From contig CAYVFE010000001.1 of NCBI GenBank assembly GCA_964450885.1, positions 246,572 to 310,571 on the forward strand: a stretch of DNA of 64,000 nt. The letters run 5' to 3'. Under the pieces are notes generated by a model. The model ran no database searches. It was given only the letters and a program-made list of their open reading frames with translations, and was not told the DNA's origin. This DNA comes from an uncultured Gammaproteobacteria bacterium. Its GTDB lineage: Bacteria; Patescibacteriota; Microgenomatia; Levybacterales; GWA1-39-11. Positions within the stretch are counted from its first letter, which is position 1; every line of letters begins with the position of its first letter. Positions 57,216 through 64,000 of this stretch are shown one piece after another. A program made the position numbers and the translations under genes.

Positions 57216-58493
57216 TTATACTTTAAATACTATCATGAAATCTGCCACATTGGAAGGAAGCCTGCCTGTTATTATCTGTGATTTAGCTTTCTCAAAAAAG
57301 GTGAACGAATCGTTATTTTTTAGATAGTCATCAATACTTAGATTCTGATCCTGAGCATTTTGTTTTGAGGCCTTATCAGCTATTGCGCCTGCAGCTTCTG
57401 TAAAATCCCATCCATCCGTACCGACAGACGCAAAGAGAGCATCGTCACCTATTAGCCGTAGGGCTTCGAGTGTTGTTTGTTGATTTCTGCCGCCTTTTCC
57501 CTTTCCTGTAACCTCAACCGTAGATTCTCCTGCTGCAATTAGTATCCCTTTTTCATTTAAATTGGATAGTAGCTCTGATGCCACACTTTTGGCATCTCCT
57601 GATATTTTGTCTGAATAGCGAATGCAGGAAATATTTAGCTCTTTTGCTTTGTTTTCTATTGCGTCAAGAAGAGTTACATTGCTTAGGACAATCGTATTTT
57701 TGACATTTATAAAATATTTGTCATCACGTGGGTTATTGATGAAGGCCTCACGGGGGAGGCTAACTTTTTCGGAGATATTGTATTTGTTAAGAATATTTAC
57801 AGCATCATCTATAGTTGTGTCGCTTTTGACAGTAGGTCCCGATGCTATATATCGGATATCATTTCCTATGACATCTGAGTAGATAAGAGTTGCTATATGA
57901 GCTGGATAAATAATCTGTGCGAGTCCTCCACCTTTTACATCAGATAGGTGTTGACGGACGATATTCATTTCTGTGATATCTGCTCCTGATTTTAGGAGTA
58001 CTTTTCCGGCTTCGATCTTTTCATGCAAAGAGAGACTATGGGGATGGACCAGCATAGAAGATCCTCCTCCACATACTACGACAAGCACTAAGTCTTTTTC
58101 AGTGAGATTGCTAAATTTATCCATGATATTTGTAGTGAATTTCAAATTCTCTTCGGAAGGAAGGGGGTGGGTGCCGAGTGTAAATTTAATTTTTGAAAAA
58201 GTTTCTTCGACGGTATCTATGACATATCCATCTGTCAGTCTTTCTCCTAGAAGGCTTTCAAGCAGTTTCGAATTTTTAGCAGATCCTTTTCCGAATCCTA
58301 AGATGTATACGTTCGAATAATCATCTAGATTGTATGAATTATCTATTACCGTCAAAATATTGCCATCCAGTCTTACATTTTTTCTAAATACGTTTTCCGG
58401 CTGGATTGATTGGAGCCCTGTTTCTATAAGATCGAGAAGAATTTTTCTCTCAGGTGTTATATTTAAATCATCATAGTTCTGGATAAGGCGCAT
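57216..58493 (-). CDS. Glycerate kinase (MOFRL family)
   Basis: DUF4147 plus MOFRL domains. GKGGRNQ and GTDGWD motifs. Confidence 0.7.
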   Translation of the reverse strand: MRLIQNYDDLNITPERKILLDLIETGLQSIQPENVFRKNVRLDGNILTVIDNSYNLDDYSNVYILGFGKGSAKNSKLLESLLGERLTDGYVIDTVEETFSKIKFTLGTHPLPSEENLKFTTNIMDKFSNLTEKDLVLVVVCGGGSSMLVHPHSLSLHEKIEAGKVLLKSGADITEMNIVRQHLSDVKGGGLAQIIYPAHIATLIYSDVIGNDIRYIASGPTVKSDTTIDDAVNILNKYNISEKVSLPREAFINNPRDDKYFINVKNTIVLSNVTLLDAIENKAKELNISCIRYSDKISGDAKSVASELLSNLNEKGILIAAGESTVEVTGKGKGGRNQQTTLEALRLIGDDALFASVGTDGWDFTEAAGAIADKASKQNAQDQNLSIDDYLKNNDSFTFFEKAKSQIITGRLPSNVADFMIVFKV

Positions 58494-58646
58494 CGATCTA
58501 GTTTAGTAGATTTGATACGCCGAAGTAAAGTAAGTCTGTGATATAATATCCTAGATAAACGGTTGGAGCCGAATATGCAAAATTTAATCAGTTTGCTACG
58601 ACATTCGATATAGAGTTTTCTTCGGTCCCTCCATTTTAAATTTAAT

Positions 58647-59813
58647 ATGAGCGATTCATCTAAAAGAGACGAATATATAAAAAAACTTGAGAGCATAGCA
58701 TCTCTTTCGCGGGAAGAGGCAAAAAAACTCTTGATAGCTGAGGTCGAGGCTGATGCTAAAGAAGATATCGCAAAAATCATCAAAGAAACTGAGGACGAAG
58801 CGAAAGCTCAAGCTCATAAAAAAGCTCAGGAAATAATTGCGGATGCTATAAAACATGGTGCACTAGACTTTCTTCCAGAATATACGGTATCTGTAATCAA
58901 AATCGATGATGACGATATGAAGGGGCGCATTATCGGGAAAGAGGGACGAAATATCCGCGCTTTTGAGGATGCGACTGGTGTTGATGTGGATCTTGAGGAA
59001 AGAGGACTAATTCGTCTTTCAGGCTTTGACCCTGTTAGACGTCAGATTGCAAAACAATCTCTAGAGCTTCTTATGAAAGATACGAGGATCCAGCCCGTAA
59101 GGATTGAGGAAGTCGTTGAGATGAAGAAAAAAGAGATGCAAAAGACTCTTTTTGAAGAAGGAGAAAGACTTGCTCACAGCGTAAAGGCGTTCAATGTTCA
59201 CCCAGATCTTCTTACAGTTTTAGGCCGTTTCAAATTTAGGACTTCGTTCGGACAAAATCTTCTAGTCCATACTCTTGAGGAAACAAAAATTGGTGTGCAG
59301 ATAGCACACGAATTGGGTGCGGATGTCGAGACAGTAAAGTTAGGATGTCTATTTCACGATATAGGAAAAGTCGTAACAGACAAAGAAGGATCACACGTCG
59401 ATCTCGGAGTCGATCTTCTAAATCGCTATAAGATCCCTAAAGAAATAGTAAATTGTGTGGCAGAGCACCATGAGGACAAGCCATTTTCATCGATTGAATC
59501 CGTAGTCGTGCATGTTGCAGATGCTATCTCCGGAGCGCGCCCTGGAGCACGTCACGAGGACTTGCAGGATTATATGAAAAGGATTCGTGATATGGAAGAC
59601 ATCGCAAAAAGCTTTAATGGTGTAGATGACGCATATGCATTTGAGGCTGGACGTGAGATCAGGGTACTCGTCAACCCTGGAAAGCTTGATGATGTTGAAT
59701 CAACAATTCTTGCAAAAAGAATAAAAGACGAGGTCGATCGCAAGGTTATAGTTCCTGGAGTTGTCCGTGTTACAGTAATCCGTGACTTCAGGGTGACAGA
59801 ACCGAAAGAATAA
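58647..59813 (+). CDS. rny: Ribonuclease Y (KH + HD domains; no N-terminal TM)
   Basis: KH domain GRIIGKEGRNIRAFE and HD domain LFHDIGK... Confidence 0.8.
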   Translation: MSDSSKRDEYIKKLESIASLSREEAKKLLIAEVEADAKEDIAKIIKETEDEAKAQAHKKAQEIIADAIKHGALDFLPEYTVSVIKIDDDDMKGRIIGKEGRNIRAFEDATGVDVDLEERGLIRLSGFDPVRRQIAKQSLELLMKDTRIQPVRIEEVVEMKKKEMQKTLFEEGERLAHSVKAFNVHPDLLTVLGRFKFRTSFGQNLLVHTLEETKIGVQIAHELGADVETVKLGCLFHDIGKVVTDKEGSHVDLGVDLLNRYKIPKEIVNCVAEHHEDKPFSSIESVVVHVADAISGARPGARHEDLQDYMKRIRDMEDIAKSFNGVDDAYAFEAGREIRVLVNPGKLDDVESTILAKRIKDEVDRKVIVPGVVRVTVIRDFRVTEPKE

Positions 59814-59829
59814 TCTTCCCAATCCTCTC

Positions 59830-59858
59830 TTGACAAAGAATTTTATAGAATGTATTGT
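59830..59858 (+). promoter_or_regulatory. Candidate sigma70 promoter for hup (TTGACA-17nt-TATTGT)
   Basis: Hexamers read directly. About 60 nt upstream of the HU start, with a GGGAGG ribosome-binding site. Confidence 0.35.
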
Positions 59859-59920
59859 TAAATCAAGATAAATAAAGAAATTTTGTGCTTGCCCGATATT
59901 GATAGGGAGGTGAATATAAA

Positions 59921-60202
59921 ATGTCCGTAACAAAAAAAGAACTGATAGAACTAGTCGCTAAGAAAGGAAATCTTACAAATAAAGCTTCAAAACAAGCAGT
60001 AAAAGTATTCCTAGATGGAATTCGTGATAGTTTAAAGAGGGGCGAAAAGGTTGTCATTACAGGATTTGGAACTTTTTCGGTAAGAACTAGAAAAGAGAGA
60101 AAAGGAAGAAATCCAAAAACAGGTGAAGCTATAAAAATCACCGCGAGGAAAGCTCCTGGTTTTACTGCAGGAAAGAGCCTTAAAAAGGCTGTAAAGGGTT
60201 GA
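59921..60202 (+). CDS. hup: DNA-binding protein HU
   Basis: 93 aa. ...GFGTFSVRTRKERKGRNPKTGEAI... HU arm motif. Confidence 0.9.
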   Translation: MSVTKKELIELVAKKGNLTNKASKQAVKVFLDGIRDSLKRGEKVVITGFGTFSVRTRKERKGRNPKTGEAIKITARKAPGFTAGKSLKKAVKG

Positions 60203-60236
60203 TAAAAACATTCAAAGTTGAGAAAATCTGCCTATC

Positions 60237-61139
60237 ATGGAAAAGGCAGTGGTGATTGTTGGGCCTACGGCGGTCGGAAAGACTTCTCTAGCAGTAAAAA
60301 TAGCAAAAGAGTTCGATGGAGCACTGTTAAGTGCAGATTCTGTACAGGTTTTTAAAACCCTTGATATTATCTCAGGTAAAGATAAAGAAGAAATCTCAGA
60401 TATTTCAGCCTTTCTTTTAGATGTTGTCTCGCCTTTTGAATCATTTTCAGTTTCGCAATTCGAAAATCTAGCAAAAGAGTCTATTGTAAGTATAATCTCT
60501 AGCAATAAATTGCCAGTTATCGTGGGTGGTACTGGACTTTATGTGAAGTCTATCGTTGATGGTATCGATACTGCATTGGTCAAGCCAGATCAAAAGCTTC
60601 GGGATTTACTCGATAAACTCTCTGTCCAAGATCTTCAGAAAAGACTTAATGCGTTAGATAAAGATTTATTTGGGTCATTGAACGATTCGGACAGGATGAA
60701 TAAAAGAAGGCTTATCCGTAAGATAGAGATTTTGAAGAACAGGAAGAAGGTAGATGTTGGTGCTAAAAAGAGGAATCTGGAATTTTTGCAGATAGGGCTG
60801 GAGCTGTCCCGTGAGGATATCAAGAAAAATATAGATGTCAGAGTTGATGAAAGAATAAAAAATGGGGGTTTGGATGAAGTGAGAAATTTATTCAATGATT
60901 ATGATGATCTGACCCCGCAAGTAAAAGATGCAAACGGATATAAGCAGCTTTTTGAACACTTTCTTGGAGTAACTAGTTTGGATGAGGCGATACTTAAATG
61001 GAAACTGTCAGAGTATAAACACGCAAAAAATCAAATGACGTGGTTTAAAAAAGACACGCGGATTAAGTGGTTTCTGGCAGATAGAAGGGACTTGTTTGAA
61101 TCTATAAAAATGGATATTGACACCTTTTTAAAAGGTTGA
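60237..61139 (+). CDS. miaA: tRNA dimethylallyltransferase
   Basis: P-loop GPTAVGKT and the rest of the IPT fold. Confidence 0.85.
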   Translation: MEKAVVIVGPTAVGKTSLAVKIAKEFDGALLSADSVQVFKTLDIISGKDKEEISDISAFLLDVVSPFESFSVSQFENLAKESIVSIISSNKLPVIVGGTGLYVKSIVDGIDTALVKPDQKLRDLLDKLSVQDLQKRLNALDKDLFGSLNDSDRMNKRRLIRKIEILKNRKKVDVGAKKRNLEFLQIGLELSREDIKKNIDVRVDERIKNGGLDEVRNLFNDYDDLTPQVKDANGYKQLFEHFLGVTSLDEAILKWKLSEYKHAKNQMTWFKKDTRIKWFLADRRDLFESIKMDIDTFLKG

Positions 61140-61171
61140 CTCAAAACCCAATTTGTCCTATAATAAACTTA

Positions 61172-61527
61172 ACCTTAGGAAGAAGGGTCGTCGCCCTGAC
61201 CGTAGTAGGTTGGGGAGGAAAGTCCAGACAGGTTTAATGCCAGGGATGGAACGTAAGTTCCGGCTAGTGATAGCTAGTGTCTAGTTCCTTTATCCACATG
61301 TGGGAGCTAGAACAGGTACGGAATTAACCGGACCTGAGAGCAACAGAGACGAGTGGAAGTGAAACGGGCAATCCTACCTGCTGCAACCTCCGATCGATGT
61401 AGGACGCATTATCCATTCGCCTAATAAGCGATGACATCGAAGTTTGAGGGCATCAGATAGATGACGATCAAATACGTGTTAGTTACACGGTTCAACAGAA
61501 TCTGGCTCACTCTCTTCCTAGGGTTTT
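61172..61527 (+). ncRNA. rnpB: RNase P RNA (bacterial type)
   Basis: GGGGAGGAAAGUCCAGAC (P4 5' strand) and ACAGAAUCUGGCU (P4 3' strand) universal motifs. P1 pairing between CCUUAGGAAGA (5' end) and UCUUCCUAGGG (3' end). A TATAAT box lies at 61159-61164. Confidence 0.8.
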
Positions 61528-61549
61528 TTAATGGTAAAATACCCCTACT

Positions 61550-64000
61550 ATGATTTCTAAAGAATTTGAGTTGCAATATAAATCTTTGAATCCTGCACAA
61601 AAAGAAGCAGTTGATACTATAGAGGGCGCTGTCATGGTGGTTGCCGGTCCTGGAACTGGAAAGACAAAGACTCTGACTCTTCGTATAGCAAATATTTTAC
61701 TAAAGACCCAGATAAATCCCGAAAACATTCTCGCACTCACTTTTACAGAAGCTGCCAGTTATGAGATGAGAAAAAGGTTACTGTCTATTATCGGGCAGGA
61801 TGCATATAGGGTGGAGATAACGACATTCCACTCTTTTTGCAATAACTTCATAAAACGTCACCAGGAAGAATTTTCAGATATGATCGCGTCAGAAAGTATT
61901 ACCGACGTTGAGCAGATAGAAATTCTGGAAAGGATTATAAATAATTTAAAACTTGTTCATATAAAACCACTTGGGGATCTGACGCATTATGTAAAGCCTG
62001 CGTTATCTGCGATAAACAACTTAAAGATGGAAAAAGTTAGCGTCAAAGATCTTTTGGGAGGACTTAAAGAAATGGAAAAGGACTTGAATAGCCGCGAAGA
62101 CCTAACCAACACGAAGGGAAAATACAAAGGCGAGATAAAAAGTACATACAAAAAAAAGTTTGCCGAGATAGAAAAGAATCGAGAGCTGGCGACCGTATAC
62201 AAAGAATATGAGAAAAAGTTAAAAGAGCAAAAAAAATACGATTATTCAGATATGATACTTGAGGTTATAAAACAGCTCCAAAATCATTCGTATCTTCTTC
62301 AGTTCCTTCAGGAGAAATTCCAATATTTTCTGGTCGATGAGCATCAGGATACAAATTCTGCGCAGAACAATTTGGTCGAAATGATGGCATCCTTCTTCCC
62401 GAATCCGAATCTGTTTGTGGTGGGTGATGAGAAGCAAGCGATCTATAGATTTCAGGGTGCGTCTCTTGAGAACTTTTTATATTTCAAAAATAAATACCCT
62501 GAGGCACGGCTTATAAATCTTTCGGAAAATTACCGTTCTACACAGATGATTCTTGATGCGACGCACTCTGTTATTTCAAATAACAAAATTTCGCAGGAGA
62601 TTCTCTCTGAGATAGACGGGCTCACAAAAAAATCTGACCACAAAGAGGAAAAGATAAAAAAAGCAGAATTTAGTAGTTTTGATAATGAGTATTATTGGAT
62701 GACAGATAAAATAAAAAATCTTTTAGAAAAGACTGACGCAAATGATATAGCAGTTCTTGTCCGCAATAACGCTGATTTAAATCCTCTCACTCCGGTATTC
62801 GATTCCCAAAAAATTCCCTATGTCATAGAGTCAGAAAGTGATGTGTTGGAGGATATAGATGTAGGAAAAATGATTCTCATACTGCGCTCGATAAATGATC
62901 CTATGAGAAATGAATATATCCTAAAGGTGATGCTTATGGATAATTTCGAAATAAATCCGCTGGATGTATTTAGGATTTCAAGTGCCCGATACGAAAAGAA
63001 AATTTCCATCTGGGAGATGCTAACGGATATAAGGATGCTTGAATCACTCGGTCTGGAGGATCCGAATTCGATAAAACGGTTCGTAAATCTTTACGCAGAT
63101 AAAAAGAAAGGGTTTTTAAAAATCGCCAGCAACAGTAGACTGGATGAGGTTTTTGTGGAGGTCATGAATAATTCGGGATTACTTGTAAAGATTCTCGAGA
63201 AACCTCACGCACAGGAGATACTGGGAAAATTGGCCAGACTTTATGACGAAGTGAAAGAGATGGTAGGACGCGATGGCGCGTATAGCCTATCTGACTTTAT
63301 TAAATATATCGATCTACTGGAGGAGCATCGTGTAAGGCTCAAAAAAAATACTCATATCGTTCCTGAGGGAGTTGTGCGCCTTATGACAGTTCACAAATCA
63401 AAAGGTTTGGAGTTTGATTACGTTTTTATCCCTCAAGCATTTGACAGCCATTGGGGGAATCAGCGGAAAAGAGGTGCGAGTTTTAATATTCCATGGGAGT
63501 ATCTGGACAGAAAAATCGTGGCAGAAGTCGAGGATGAAAATAGCGATGAAAGACGCCTTTTTTATGTAGCGCTAACTCGTGCCAGAAAAAATATATTCAT
63601 AACTTTTTCAAATGCATCGGAGGATGGCCGCGAACAAATAGCATCACAATTTCTGACAGAAATCCCTGAGCAATATATAGAGGACATAGATGTAAAAAAG
63701 TTTGAGAAGAAATTTGGAAAGAATTTGGAGCAGGTATTTACTCCGGTTACCAAAAATAAAGAGTTGAATTTTTCTAAAGAATTTGTCGCGGAGGTTTTCC
63801 GCCGTCAGGGACTTTCTGTAAGCGCTTTGAATAATTATCTGCAGTGTCCATGGAAATATTTTTTCCTAAATCTTATACGAATTCCAGAGAAGATAGAAAA
63901 TGCGGGACTTTTCGGTAACGCGATCCACGAGAGTCTAAATCGCTATATCATCTCGCTTAAAAAGGGTGATGGTAATAAAGATTTTCTTTTAGATAAATTT
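61550..64000 (+). CDS. UvrD/PcrA-family ATP-dependent DNA helicase (partial; runs off the window end)
   Basis: MISKEFELQYKSLNPAQKEAVDTIEGAVMVVAGPGTGKTKTL (helicase motif I), DEHQDTN (motif II), and a long open frame to 64000 with no stop. Confidence 0.75.
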   Translation, partial: MISKEFELQYKSLNPAQKEAVDTIEGAVMVVAGPGTGKTKTLTLRIANILLKTQINPENILALTFTEAASYEMRKRLLSIIGQDAYRVEITTFHSFCNNFIKRHQEEFSDMIASESITDVEQIEILERIINNLKLVHIKPLGDLTHYVKPALSAINNLKMEKVSVKDLLGGLKEMEKDLNSREDLTNTKGKYKGEIKSTYKKKFAEIEKNRELATVYKEYEKKLKEQKKYDYSDMILEVIKQLQNHSYLLQFLQEKFQYFLVDEHQDTNSAQNNLVEMMASFFPNPNLFVVGDEKQAIYRFQGASLENFLYFKNKYPEARLINLSENYRSTQMILDATHSVISNNKISQEILSEIDGLTKKSDHKEEKIKKAEFSSFDNEYYWMTDKIKNLLEKTDANDIAVLVRNNADLNPLTPVFDSQKIPYVIESESDVLEDIDVGKMILILRSINDPMRNEYILKVMLMDNFEINPLDVFRISSARYEKKISIWEMLTDIRMLESLGLEDPNSIKRFVNLYADKKKGFLKIASNSRLDEVFVEVMNNSGLLVKILEKPHAQEILGKLARLYDEVKEMVGRDGAYSLSDFIKYIDLLEEHRVRLKKNTHIVPEGVVRLMTVHKSKGLEFDYVFIPQAFDSHWGNQRKRGASFNIPWEYLDRKIVAEVEDENSDERRLFYVALTRARKNIFITFSNASEDGREQIASQFLTEIPEQYIEDIDVKKFEKKFGKNLEQVFTPVTKNKELNFSKEFVAEVFRRQGLSVSALNNYLQCPWKYFFLNLIRIPEKIENAGLFGNAIHESLNRYIISLKKGDGNKDFLLDKF

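Noticed and set aside
1-64000. Numerous 60-140-aa ORFs on the strand opposite to, or in alternative frames of, strongly supported genes (for example 623-916, 2461-2748, 3982-4407, 6190-6875, 24202-26357, 31319-32015, 56443-57068)
   Set aside because: Each is fully embedded in a well-supported conserved gene, has low-complexity or biased composition, and lacks motifs. They are typical spurious antisense ORFs. Those in the GC-rich island are artefacts of high GC.
1-64000. CRISPR arrays, transposases/integrases, rRNA genes
   Set aside because: No regularly spaced direct repeats, no IS-like inverted repeats or transposase motifs, and no rRNA-like sequence were seen. The foreign island has no recognisable mobility gene or flanking direct repeats that I could detect by eye.

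Overview
This window looks like a Candidate Phyla Radiation (Patescibacteria)-type bacterial genome: AT-rich and tightly packed, with ultra-short intergenic spacers. The core is a complete S10-spc-alpha ribosomal superoperon (rpsJ to rpsI, about 32.2-48.8 kb). It has CPR hallmarks: no L30 gene between rpsE and rplO; rpmJ (L36) relocated between rplX and rplE; and basic or acidic tails on L3, L4 and L17. Translation and housekeeping genes present are tuf, fusA (detached from rpsL-rpsG), secY, adk, map, infA, rpoA, recA-recX, a lexA-dinB SOS pair with a Cheo-type LexA box, guaB-guaA, murB, miaA, HU, RNase Y, an RNase P RNA and a tRNA-Pro. The accessory content is more notable. (i) An ATP-citrate lyase AclB/AclA pair. 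(ii) A 18-27 kb cell-surface cluster: an Rpf/transglycosylase-like secreted protein behind a roughly 200-nt structured leader, a LytR_C protein, a GH18-like protein, and a 998-aa SGDH-propeller/PKD/triple-repeat surface protein. (iii) Within that cluster, a visibly GC-rich (foreign-composition) roughly 3 kb island encoding a membrane BcsA-like family-2 glycosyltransferase fused through a Pro/Thr linker to a GH26-like hydrolase domain. (iv) A minus-strand operon of glycerate kinase, split transketolase and two tandem paralogous FAD-linked oxidases. No CRISPR array, transposase or rRNA was seen.
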